Origin: Candidatus Thorarchaeota archaeon
Lineage (GTDB): Archaea; Asgardarchaeota; Thorarchaeia; Thorarchaeales; Thorarchaeaceae
Assembly: GCA_003345545.1 (NCBI GenBank)
Contig: PRDH01000081.1
Coordinates: 1 to 64,000, forward strand
Direction of reading: 5' to 3'
DNA: 64,000 bases
The notes beneath the pieces were generated by a model. That model did no database searches, was not told the DNA's origin, and saw only the letters and a program-made list of their open reading frames with translations. Numbering within the stretch: the stretch's first letter is position 1; each line of letters starts with the position of its first letter. This document shows, piece after piece, positions 36,356 to 45,829 of the stretch. The position numbers and the translations under genes were made by a program.

Positions 36356-38344
36356 TTGTCAACAGATAAGAAGATTACAGTTTACAGCCAAGAGGAAAGG
36401 CATTTTCCACCTCCAAAGAGCTTCTCCAAGAAGGCTTACATAAAGAGCCAAGAAGAGCGGATGAAGATGTGGAAGGAGTCTATAGAAAAGCCTGACACCT
36501 TCTGGCTAAAGGCAGCAAAGGAATTGTGTTACTGGAAGAAGGAGCCGACCAAGGCTCTCGATTGGAAGGACCCCAAGAATGCAGTATTCACGTGGTTCGA
36601 AGACGGTGTGACCAACATGGCTTACAACTGTCTTGACAAGCATGTGAAAGCAGGTAAGGGCGATCAGATTGCACTCATCTGGCAGGGCGAGCCTTTGGAT
36701 GAGTCAAGGACCTTCACCTACAAACAGCTTCTCAGCGAGGTCAACAAGGCTGCGAATATTCTGAAGAGCCTCGGGGTCAAGAAGGGCGACAGAGTCACGA
36801 TCTATCTCCCGATGATTCCTGAGCTCGGAATCATCATGCTTGCATGTGTGAGGATTGGCGCGGTCCACAGCGTCGTCTTTGGCGGGTTCAGTGCTGATTC
36901 CTTGGTGGATAGGATTACAGACTCTCAAGGCAAGGTCCTAGTCACGGCTGATGGTTACTACCGCAGTGGCAAGGTTGTCCCACAAAAGGCAGGTGCTGAC
37001 AAAGCACTCGAATCTGTTCCTGTGGTAGAGAAGGTTCTTGTTATCAAGAGAGTTGGAATCGACGTTCCATGGGTCAAGGGCAGAGATGTCTGGTACCATG
37101 AAGAGCAAGCAAAAGTCAATGACAAGTGTGAGACCGAGTGGATGAAGGCTGAAGATCCCCTATTCATCCTCTATACTTCAGGTTCTACTGGCAAACCAAA
37201 GGGTGTGCTTCACACACTTGCGGGATTCATGGTCTACACAACTCAATCCTTTCTCTATATCTTTGACTGGCACCCTGGAGATGTCTACTGGTGTACTGCT
37301 GACATCGGCTGGATTACAGGTCATTCCTACATCTTGTATGGCCCTCTCTCAGCTGGAGCGACAACTCTGATGTATGAGTCGGTACCTACATACCCTGACA
37401 ATGACCGCTTCTGGCATGAAGTAGAACACTGGAAAGTGAACGAGTTCTACACGGCTCCTACTGCACTTCGTGCACTAATGAGATTCGGTGATGGCCCCGT
37501 ACTGAAGCACAATCTGTCAAGCCTGAAACTTCTCGGGACCGTTGGTGAGCCAATCAATCCGGAGGCCTGGATGTGGTATCATAGGGTAGTTGGCAAAGAG
37601 AAATGCCCGATTGTTGACACCTACTGGCAGACTGAAACGGGTGGTGTGATTCTCACACCTCTACCTGGTGCAACGTCAACAATCCCCGGTTCAGCCACTT
37701 TCCCCTACTTTGGTCTTGAGCCCCTCATCGTTGCCGAAGACGGAGTACCCGTAGGTCCAAACGAGGGTGGCTATCTCTGCTTCAAGAAACCTTGGCCAGG
37801 TCTCATGAGGACTGTCTATGGCAACCACAAACGATTCATCGAAACTTACTGGGTCCAGTTCAAGAACCCCGAAGACAAGAAGCCGATGTACTACACTGGT
37901 GATGGCGCTCGATTCAACCAAGATGGCTACTACTTTGTTATGGGCCGTCTAGACGATGTCTTGAAAGTTTCCGGCCATAGACTCGGAACTGCAGAGATTG
38001 AGTCTTCACTCGTCAAGCATCCTGCTGTTGCGGAGTGTGCAGTTGTTGGATTCCCACACGAGATCAAGGGAGAAGACATCTACTGCTTCGTGACCCTCAA
38101 GGTGGGTGTTGAGAAGACTGATGCGCTCCGTCAGGAACTCAAGAACCACGTTCGTAATGATGTAGGCCCCATCGCAACCCCGGCCAAGATACAGTTTGCA
38201 GATGCTTTACCCAAGACTCGCTCCGGCAAGATCATGCGCCGCATTCTGAAGCGCATTGCTGCGGGTCAGATAGACGATCTCGGTGATGTCACCACGTTGG
38301 CAGACCCATCAGTCGTCGATACCTTAGTCAGTGAGCGTCAGTAG
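36356..38344 (+). CDS. acs: AMP-forming acetyl-CoA synthetase
   Basis: YTSGSTGKPKG, WCTADIGWITGHSY, DTYWQTETGG, LPKTRSGKIMRR. Confidence 0.96.
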   Translation: MSTDKKITVYSQEERHFPPPKSFSKKAYIKSQEERMKMWKESIEKPDTFWLKAAKELCYWKKEPTKALDWKDPKNAVFTWFEDGVTNMAYNCLDKHVKAGKGDQIALIWQGEPLDESRTFTYKQLLSEVNKAANILKSLGVKKGDRVTIYLPMIPELGIIMLACVRIGAVHSVVFGGFSADSLVDRITDSQGKVLVTADGYYRSGKVVPQKAGADKALESVPVVEKVLVIKRVGIDVPWVKGRDVWYHEEQAKVNDKCETEWMKAEDPLFILYTSGSTGKPKGVLHTLAGFMVYTTQSFLYIFDWHPGDVYWCTADIGWITGHSYILYGPLSAGATTLMYESVPTYPDNDRFWHEVEHWKVNEFYTAPTALRALMRFGDGPVLKHNLSSLKLLGTVGEPINPEAWMWYHRVVGKEKCPIVDTYWQTETGGVILTPLPGATSTIPGSATFPYFGLEPLIVAEDGVPVGPNEGGYLCFKKPWPGLMRTVYGNHKRFIETYWVQFKNPEDKKPMYYTGDGARFNQDGYYFVMGRLDDVLKVSGHRLGTAEIESSLVKHPAVAECAVVGFPHEIKGEDIYCFVTLKVGVEKTDALRQELKNHVRNDVGPIATPAKIQFADALPKTRSGKIMRRILKRIAAGQIDDLGDVTTLADPSVVDTLVSERQ

Positions 38345-38359
38345 TAATTCGCTATTTTA

Positions 38360-38396
38360 CGAGAGACCTACAAAGGTCTCTCGAGTTCTTCTTTTT
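38360..38396 (+). terminator. Hairpin plus T-tract terminator after acs
   Basis: CGAGAGACCT-ACAA-AGGTCTCTCG perfect 10-bp stem, then TTCTTCTTTTT. Confidence 0.65.
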
Positions 38397-38704
38397 CAGA
38401 GTGATCACATGTTTCGACAACGCTCGGCTATCGAGCGGGTTCAGTCAGAGTTTCCGAGAAGGATAATGACCATTGATATACGCATCATCTCAAAGTCCGT
38501 GTCTACTACTGTATCTGACAAGAGATAAGCTACCAGACGGTCTTGGGACGTCTCAGAACGTTTCTTCCAATGATTTCTCTTTTGAGTTCGGCAATCACGA
38601 TACTCGTTCTTGGAAGCGTAGATGTGCTGCAATACTCTGCTGGTTTGGGGAAAACCATGACACCTCTCAAGCATTGGATTGAACATGGTGTTCGATACTG
38701 ATGT

Positions 38705-40801
38705 CTACTTGCAGATTTCGCCATACTTCCTCTTGAAGTTCGCAGCCATCTCCGGAAAACCATACTTGACCCAGGCTCTGTACGCCAAATCGAATGTTTC
38801 CCTTGCCAGTTGAGGGTACTTCTTGTTGTCCAGTCGCTTGCACGCGTCCATTAGTATCCCTACATACTGGCTCGACATCATGGCTACCTCGTAGTCGTAT
38901 TTTGTTGGGTCTTGAACTGCAATTCGGTTGAGTGCAATCACCCTGTCTACGACTTCTTCCAACTCCTTCGCCTTCAAGGACCCCGTGACCAGAGAGGCAT
39001 GAAAACTAGCAGACATTATATCATCCCTGCAGATTATGCCCCTAGAAACAAACCACTCTTGGGTGTCCAATATGACCTCCACGCATCTCTTGAGAACTAC
39101 TATCCTCTCATCGCGCTTGAGCAGCCTTGCAGCAAGCGCAGTCAGTGCAGTTACTGCATTTCCGAGGCTTGTGGCATAGGCCTCTGGTTTTGTTATCTGT
39201 TCTGCGTCAATCGTATTGACGTCAAGCGATTTCATAGCGATATAGATCAGACGCGTTTCATCTTCAGATAAGATGTCTGCCCTTGTAAGAATCGGACTAA
39301 GAGAATTCGCAACTACGAATACCGAGAATTGCACCTGTGCCTTCTGCCATTCTCCGTCTATGGTACTATAGATATCCAAGAGAAACTCTAATGATTGATT
39401 CAGATGCTGTTCGCGAGCATCGCCAGTTGCCAAGAAGTAGTACTCTGCGTAAGCAACACCTAGACTCTGGAATACACTATCTAGTGTGTAGTTGAAGATG
39501 GGAATCTCAGTTGTCAGTAGGCTCCTGAAGTAGTCTCGATACAACATGAGGACTTCCTCGAGTATCTTCCTGCGTTCGTCTATTGTGAGCACAGGGGATT
39601 CAGCCAGGGCGGTAAGAATCGCGATGTAATTCTGCAGCTTCAGAGAAGCTGTGACACCAATCTCGATTCCCTTTCCCTCTTTCTTTAACTCCCATAACAG
39701 ATCCGGGTCAAGCACCCAGTTGATATTTCCAAGGATACCTGTAATCTTCGACTTATATGCTCCTAACTCGTCACGAAAACCATCATAGCTTGTGATTGAG
39801 TAGAGTTTTTTGAATAACTTGCCTCGTTCATCAATAGCCTCAATGAATGTACAATACACATCTGACTTCTCTCTATACATATCGAGTATTCTCGCGGCGA
39901 ACTCCGGGTAATCTACAACTCTCACATCAAAAAACAGAAAACCAAGTAGAAGATGCTCATCATCATTCCTGAACTCAAAATGCTTCACTGCCTCTCTGAA
40001 TGCCCGAGAGTAATCAGCAGGAATGAGGTCCCCAGCTGTAAAGCCTACGAGTGTCCGGGCAAGATCTGTGAAAGGATAGTCCTGTGGAAGAGCTGCGGCA
40101 ATTCTCTTCAGTTCTGCCATCGGAGGTGAAACCGCCTTAGTCATGGTATGCGTCAATGCACCCATCTTGAGACAGAAGACGCTGGCCAGTGCCCCCTCTT
40201 GACTCATCGCCACAGCACATGCTCTATCGAACTCTCCCTGAAGGGCCAATTCAAGTGCATCATCGAGAGTTCCCTTCGCTTTTGTCTTGAGATTATTCCA
40301 CTTCTCAATGGATTCTGCCCTACTGAAAAGTGACTCCACGTCCTGAAGAGCCTTGGAGAGTTTCTTATCTTGCATCAAGACCTTCAGTGTGGGATTCCAG
40401 ATGCCGTATATTGTTTCCGCGAATCCTGTTTCAATGTGATCTCGTGTATAGGTATGAAGAATCTGATCAATTGTCCTTGTGTGAGTGTCACCCACTAATC
40501 CATCTGCTGCCACTAAGTCCGAGTCATCAATTGCATCTGCTATCACTCGGAGGAGGCTATCCATGTAGTCTTCTGCCCTGTCTACAAGTGCGACAACTGT
40601 GTAGCCCTTCTTGCACTCCGTCACAATCAGAGTGTTCTCCCTAAAACCCAGCTTTCTGACCTCTCCGCTCCCTATGACATTACTCAGTGCCTTTGCAGCC
40701 TCTATCAGGGGGCCAAGGATCATCTCACCATCTGCATCCATTGAGCTCTTGATCTTGATAGGGACGCCGCCTGTGGTCAGGACACCGATGAGCCGAATCA
40801 T
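38705..40801 (-). CDS. Longin-like N-terminal domain plus large helical region (eukaryotic-signature-like protein)
   Basis: N-terminal beta-beta(GVPI)-alpha-beta-beta-beta-alpha pattern typical of longin domains; remainder looks all-alpha. Confidence 0.6.
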   Translation of the reverse strand: MIRLIGVLTTGGVPIKIKSSMDADGEMILGPLIEAAKALSNVIGSGEVRKLGFRENTLIVTECKKGYTVVALVDRAEDYMDSLLRVIADAIDDSDLVAADGLVGDTHTRTIDQILHTYTRDHIETGFAETIYGIWNPTLKVLMQDKKLSKALQDVESLFSRAESIEKWNNLKTKAKGTLDDALELALQGEFDRACAVAMSQEGALASVFCLKMGALTHTMTKAVSPPMAELKRIAAALPQDYPFTDLARTLVGFTAGDLIPADYSRAFREAVKHFEFRNDDEHLLLGFLFFDVRVVDYPEFAARILDMYREKSDVYCTFIEAIDERGKLFKKLYSITSYDGFRDELGAYKSKITGILGNINWVLDPDLLWELKKEGKGIEIGVTASLKLQNYIAILTALAESPVLTIDERRKILEEVLMLYRDYFRSLLTTEIPIFNYTLDSVFQSLGVAYAEYYFLATGDAREQHLNQSLEFLLDIYSTIDGEWQKAQVQFSVFVVANSLSPILTRADILSEDETRLIYIAMKSLDVNTIDAEQITKPEAYATSLGNAVTALTALAARLLKRDERIVVLKRCVEVILDTQEWFVSRGIICRDDIMSASFHASLVTGSLKAKELEEVVDRVIALNRIAVQDPTKYDYEVAMMSSQYVGILMDACKRLDNKKYPQLARETFDLAYRAWVKYGFPEMAANFKRKYGEICK

Positions 40802-41045
40802 ATGGGCACTCCTCTATAGACCTCTCTACATACTATAGCATGTGAAAAGGGTTCTTACGACTTAGTGCTGTGACTCAGTCTACTGATGCTAATACTCCTT
40901 CAGAATCCGGAGAAAAACAGGCATAGCTCTTGAAGCAAGCCTGATCATGCAATGATTCGGCATCATTTCCCTCTGGCGGGAGTCTTAAATATCGCAATTG
41001 AATTCAGAAGGTATTACTCTCCCGAAGACTGAATTGAATACGGCG

Positions 41046-41921
41046 ATGAAAATGTGTCAATGGTGTTTCAAACACGGCGATGGCGGCAAGTGGTACAACA
41101 ATGCCCGGCTCTACCGGAACGAACTGGCTGATGAGTATAATGCGAGTGAGTACCTGCAGGAACAGTGGAAGAACATGGAAACCCTCTTTATTCGTAAGAT
41201 TATGGGATTCAACTCCATTGGCCTAGGTTACAAGATGCAGATGCCAATCATAGGGCGAGTCATTCGCAAGGTCGTTGAGGCTCAGATACATAGTGAGAAG
41301 AAGAACAGAAATCCAGTACGTGCCGACGGCCACTTCGGACAGGTTGTCCCCCTCGAAGATGCTCAGCACATCCTTGGGAATCTTGCGGCTGAACCTATCA
41401 TCAAGAACTACTGTGTCTGCAGATGGATGCAGAGAGGAGTAAAGGATGCAGTCTGCATCAACTTCGGTCAGTTGTCAGGGATAATTGAGAAATGCACGCG
41501 ATATATCCCTGAGGGCGTGAAGTATAAACTCGACCGTGAAGAAGCAATCCAAGCGCTTCAAGAGCAGAACCAAAAAGGCTACGTTGCGACGGTCTGGTTC
41601 CAACCAATACCCTACATCAATGCGGTCTGTTCCTGTGAGAGTCCCGAGTGCGGAGGTCTCAGACTGAGAAACGACTTCAATCTGAGGACCGTGTACAAGG
41701 GTGAGTACGTCATCAACATTGATATTGACAAATGCCAAGGCTGCCAGTCGTGCGTCAAGATGTGTCAGTTCAGCGCGCTCAGATATCTTCCATCTGTGAA
41801 GCGGACCATTGTAGACCTAGACAAGTGTTTTGGGTGTGGTGTCTGTCGGCATGCATGTAAGCATGATGCGCTCAGCTTAGTCCCGAGAGAGTCTGTCCCC
41901 GGGCAAGCCGGGAGGTACTGA
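41046..41921 (+). CDS. 4Fe-4S dicluster protein with additional Cys-rich N-terminal region
   Basis: CQGCQSCVKMC and CFGCGVCRHAC; N-terminal CQWC..HG, CVCR, CSC...CGG. Confidence 0.85.
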   Translation: MKMCQWCFKHGDGGKWYNNARLYRNELADEYNASEYLQEQWKNMETLFIRKIMGFNSIGLGYKMQMPIIGRVIRKVVEAQIHSEKKNRNPVRADGHFGQVVPLEDAQHILGNLAAEPIIKNYCVCRWMQRGVKDAVCINFGQLSGIIEKCTRYIPEGVKYKLDREEAIQALQEQNQKGYVATVWFQPIPYINAVCSCESPECGGLRLRNDFNLRTVYKGEYVINIDIDKCQGCQSCVKMCQFSALRYLPSVKRTIVDLDKCFGCGVCRHACKHDALSLVPRESVPGQAGRY

Positions 41922-41931
41922 GGTGTGTGAA

Positions 41932-42216
41932 ATGGTCAAGAGAACGAGCATCAAGATTGACTATTCCAAATGTCATAGTGGAGCTAGCACAGACCCGCGC
42001 GAGTGCAGAAAATGTCTCTTTGTCTGTGACCCCGCAGTATATCTGATGCATCCGACGTTGGAGAACCACCCAGACCCCTATAATCCTGAGATCTGGCGCA
42101 TTGACGCGATTTGGCTCTCAAAATGCACTGGATGCATGAAATGTGTCGAAGTCTGCCCGGAGAAAGCAATCACAGTGAAACCTGGAGACTCGCTCATGAC
42201 GATCAGGGGATACTGA
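41932..42216 (+). CDS. Ferredoxin-like 4Fe-4S protein
   Basis: C...CRKCLFVCDP and CTGCMKCVEVCP. Confidence 0.85.
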   Translation: MVKRTSIKIDYSKCHSGASTDPRECRKCLFVCDPAVYLMHPTLENHPDPYNPEIWRIDAIWLSKCTGCMKCVEVCPEKAITVKPGDSLMTIRGY

Positions 42217-43195
42217 GAGTAGTTATCGGTCGTGATTGAAGAATCACAATCTCACCGTCTGATTTGATACACCACTCGATGTCTTGGGGTGTTCCCATCA
42301 TCTGCTCAATCTCCAGTCCTATCTGTGCCACCTTCAGCACTAATCGATTATCCAGAGTGAACTCCTCACGTTTCTCCCTGGGCGTATCGTGTGTTGTGGC
42401 CTTAGCGCTGTTCTCTGAGACTGAAGCAATACTAGTAATCATCTTCGTTCCTAGTTCTCTCTGTAGGACACGTCGCGGTTTCTTGGATAGTATGAAGGTG
42501 TCGGGAATGACTCTCCCCGATACTAGTGTTTCTCCTAGTCCCCAAGTTGCGTTGATCAACATCTCGTTCGTGTTGCTATTCACTACATTAGCTGTGAACA
42601 TTACACCTGAAACAACGGCAGGTATCATCTCCTGAACTACTACAGCCATCTTGACTTGTTTCAATGGAATTCCCTTGGACTTCAGATAGATTGCTGCGCT
42701 TGGAGAGTATGCTGATCTCCAGACCCGTTTCACAGCTTCAAATATGTCTGAAGTGTTTCTGATACAGAGAAGAGTTTCTGCTTGACCTGCAAAGGAAATA
42801 TCACTGCGGTCTTCGATTGTGGCTGACGAACGAACCGCATAACCTGCCTTAGAGCCGGTTGTTGATTCCTGCATACTCTGAAGTCCCTTCATAATCTCGG
42901 ATTTCAGATCCTCCCCCAACTGACAGAGACTCACCAGTGTCTGGATCTTTTCTGCAAGAAGAAGCATCTCTTCGAAGTCATCCACAGATTCGATTTTATC
43001 AAGCAGTCTGATCACATCTGGAATTCTATCTCTCATCCGAACGAAGTTATGACTCGAGATTGAAAACCCTCTTGGTGTACGAAACCCCTCACGGCGCAGA
43101 TGGGCAAGGCTCGTTGCCTTACCACCATGAGTTTCAATATCCTCTGGTCGAATGCTGTCCAGAGATTGAATCAGAGGAATCTTGCAGTTGTCCAA
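42203..43195 (-). CDS. Stand-alone PEP-synthase/PPDK N-terminal ATP-grasp domain
   Basis: GGKATSL, AVRSSATIED...SFAGQ, VVVQEMI, GLGETLVSG, PQDIEW, LQSRPIT, then stop. Confidence 0.9.
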   Translation of the reverse strand: MDNCKIPLIQSLDSIRPEDIETHGGKATSLAHLRREGFRTPRGFSISSHNFVRMRDRIPDVIRLLDKIESVDDFEEMLLLAEKIQTLVSLCQLGEDLKSEIMKGLQSMQESTTGSKAGYAVRSSATIEDRSDISFAGQAETLLCIRNTSDIFEAVKRVWRSAYSPSAAIYLKSKGIPLKQVKMAVVVQEMIPAVVSGVMFTANVVNSNTNEMLINATWGLGETLVSGRVIPDTFILSKKPRRVLQRELGTKMITSIASVSENSAKATTHDTPREKREEFTLDNRLVLKVAQIGLEIEQMMGTPQDIEWCIKSDGEIVILQSRPITTLSIP

Positions 43196-43212
43196 GTGTT
43201 GATGCGCCTCAA

Positions 43213-43563
43213 CTATTCGCCTACATAGAGAACCCCTGAAGCACCCTCTTCAGGCTTGATCATGGCATGTTTTCCATTGAGCCCTTCTGGGTCCTCTATC
43301 TTCACCCCCATCAGTGCCGGTATCTCAAACTCACGAGTGACAATGGCTAGGTGTGATCCCAATGCCCCAGACCTGCACACAACGCCTGCCAATCTTGAGA
43401 GAACTGGCGCAAGGAAAGTGGTGCCTGCATCATCTACGAGTACTATCTTTCCATCGGGCCCTTCTTTCAAAAGCTTGACCACTTCCTGAACAGAGGTAAT
43501 GTACCTGAGTTCACCCTCTGCACTCAGTTTCAATGAGATAAGTCCATCTCCAACTCGTTTCAA
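43213..43563 (-). CDS. Stand-alone PEP-utiliser swivel (phospho-His) domain
   Basis: AGVVCRSGALGSHLAIVTREFEIPALMG. Confidence 0.88.
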   Translation of the reverse strand: MKRVGDGLISLKLSAEGELRYITSVQEVVKLLKEGPDGKIVLVDDAGTTFLAPVLSRLAGVVCRSGALGSHLAIVTREFEIPALMGVKIEDPEGLNGKHAMIKPEEGASGVLYVGE

Positions 43564-43691
43564 CAGAAATCGGCCACCCGGGGCTTTCTTTGTTTAGGAA
43601 TATCCGAATTATAAGACTGCTTATGCTTTCGAACAACTTAATACTGACAGTGACTGCGGCATCATTTCAATGAGCATTGCTCTCTGTGGAG

Positions 43692-44858
43692 ATGAATGCA
43701 TTGGAAACCAGCGAGATTAACCAACAACTAACTCACCTGTCTCAAGTCTTCTCTGATATTCTTGCGGAACGTGGTCTTCTCGAGTCAAAGCTCTTCCCTG
43801 TGAACGAGTACATCTGTGTGAGTTTCTACCAGACGTATGAACATCTCTTTGATGTGATGACTCAGGTGTGGAAGAAGATTACTCCTGAGGTGCTTGCCAA
43901 GAAGAGCAAGACGCTTCTCTCAGAGATTCAGGCACTGTCAATCACCTACCTCTGGCTTTACTATGGTCTGGCACGGATGGGTGTGATTTTCAACAAATGT
44001 AATAGTGACCCCTCAAAAGAACCCACTGAGCGTCAGGAACAGTGGAAATGGATGCTTGAGCAGTGGTACAGACTAGGCACGAACTACTTCAACACAGGCA
44101 AGCCCACGGTTGCATCATCGGGAGGGGTGAACCTTGCCCTTCGCAATGACAGTATCAGCTGGTTGAAAGACCATCTAGAACCCGTGAGTGAGGAACAAGT
44201 ACGCAAGATTCGTCGTCAGATTGGTGCGGTCGATCTCTATGCCTTCATGGATGAGTGCGAGGCTAGAGCAAAGATCATTGATCACGGTCCGTACCCCGTT
44301 GGGCACAACGAGGTCCTCATCATCTCAGAGTATACTCATCTTCATGATGGAAAAGAGGCACTATGGCTACCTTGGTCTGACACAGAATCGAAACTTCCAT
44401 CCGCATCGCTTGGCATCGCTATGACCATGCGTGACTGTACGACCTTCTTCAATGACGTCGGTACTGCGACCGTTCAGCCTGGTGACTACTCCAAGCTGGT
44501 TACTAATGCTTGTGCATACACAAAACATGGCTCCAAGATTGTGGCACTAGGCTTGGATGAGCTCTCAGCATTTGCTGAGGCAGCTGATGCTGCTCAGACA
44601 GAGCTATACCTGAAGTTTGCAGAATGGGACAAGAAGACACTCATGATTGCGGGAGCTGAAGCATACTGGAGGTGCTATGCTCGCTATACAAATCAGGTTG
44701 GAATCACTAGTAAGATAGACTGGAAGATATCTCAGGCCGTCATAGACGAACATGTGCCGTTCTTCATGGATAATGATGCGGACCCAGCTTTCATGCGATT
44801 TGGCCGATTCGATGATGAAATGGAGGCAGACCCAACTCTCTACTTGCTTCCCGAGTAG
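43692..44858 (+). CDS. Uncharacterised soluble protein (candidate acceptor-binding subunit of the split dikinase)
   Basis: Long ORF of about 390 aa, divergent from the His-domain gene; no known motif recognised. Confidence 0.75.
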   Translation: MNALETSEINQQLTHLSQVFSDILAERGLLESKLFPVNEYICVSFYQTYEHLFDVMTQVWKKITPEVLAKKSKTLLSEIQALSITYLWLYYGLARMGVIFNKCNSDPSKEPTERQEQWKWMLEQWYRLGTNYFNTGKPTVASSGGVNLALRNDSISWLKDHLEPVSEEQVRKIRRQIGAVDLYAFMDECEARAKIIDHGPYPVGHNEVLIISEYTHLHDGKEALWLPWSDTESKLPSASLGIAMTMRDCTTFFNDVGTATVQPGDYSKLVTNACAYTKHGSKIVALGLDELSAFAEAADAAQTELYLKFAEWDKKTLMIAGAEAYWRCYARYTNQVGITSKIDWKISQAVIDEHVPFFMDNDADPAFMRFGRFDDEMEADPTLYLLPE

Positions 44859-44870
44859 GAGTGAACGCAG

Positions 44871-45767
44871 TTGAGAAGACACCGTTTCACACAGAGCGAC
44901 GAATATGCGCATGAGGCAGATGAGCGCCCTGATTGGCGTGAGAGCTACTACTTCAACTGGGTCGATCTTGATGCACGGATATCTGGCTTCTCTACTATCG
45001 GCCTTCTTCCGAACACCAACAAGCGTGAGTTTGTGTGTGCACTCTTCTATGATGATGAGCGTGAGGTCCATTTCAATGAGCCACTCAGCTCAATCTCTGA
45101 TGACCTATCAGAGTCGTTGACCGATGGCGTACTATCGTACAACTTGGTCAAACCGATGAAGGAGTGGAGAATCACTTACAGAGGCAAGAGTCTCAATGCA
45201 GACATCATCTGGTCTGCTCGATTCCCACCTTATGACTTTGGCAGTGGAAGTGGGACATCCTGGGCCGGCCATTTCGAGCAATCTGGTGTGCCCCATGGTA
45301 CAGTCAAGTTCTCAGATGGGACTGCTGTGACGATACAGGGGTACGGCGAGCGTGACAAGAGCTGGGGCTCTCGAGACTGGCACATTGAGAGCTGGTTTGC
45401 TCTGCATGCACAGTTTGATGATATGTCAATAGGACTTCGACGTGACGTGGTCAAGGGTGAAGAGCATCCCTCTGGCGGAATCAGCAATATCGATGGCAAC
45501 GTTCCTATCAAGAGCGTGAAACTGGTGACAGAGACACACAAGGAGTCTGGAATACCCATCGGAGCGAAGGTCCGGATCATAGGCAGGGATGATGCTGTCT
45601 ACAATCTCAAGTCCCATCTGATTAGCCCCAAGAGTTTCGCGCGATTCGCTCGAGAGTTTCCGGGTGGCACCACCGAGCTCTACGAGGGGATGGCAGTCCA
45701 TGAGTGCAAGGAACTGGGTACCACTGGCACAGGATTACTTGAGTGGTTGTTCACTCATCCCAAGTAG
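44871..45767 (+). CDS. Beta-rich AttH/tocopherol-cyclase/CrtC-like protein
   Basis: WRESYYFNW, GHFEQSG, GERDKSWG.RDW, G.GLLEW pattern. Confidence 0.6.
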   Translation: MRRHRFTQSDEYAHEADERPDWRESYYFNWVDLDARISGFSTIGLLPNTNKREFVCALFYDDEREVHFNEPLSSISDDLSESLTDGVLSYNLVKPMKEWRITYRGKSLNADIIWSARFPPYDFGSGSGTSWAGHFEQSGVPHGTVKFSDGTAVTIQGYGERDKSWGSRDWHIESWFALHAQFDDMSIGLRRDVVKGEEHPSGGISNIDGNVPIKSVKLVTETHKESGIPIGAKVRIIGRDDAVYNLKSHLISPKSFARFAREFPGGTTELYEGMAVHECKELGTTGTGLLEWLFTHPK

Positions 45768-45829
45768 TGACCCCTGTAGGCAATCCAGCAGCGATCTCAC
45801 CCCAGTTTGTTGTGACTCATCATAGTCTA

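Noticed and set aside
38400-38700. Short overlapping ORFs between acs and the longin-like gene
   Set aside because: No recognisable motif or consistent frame; treated as intergenic or remnant.
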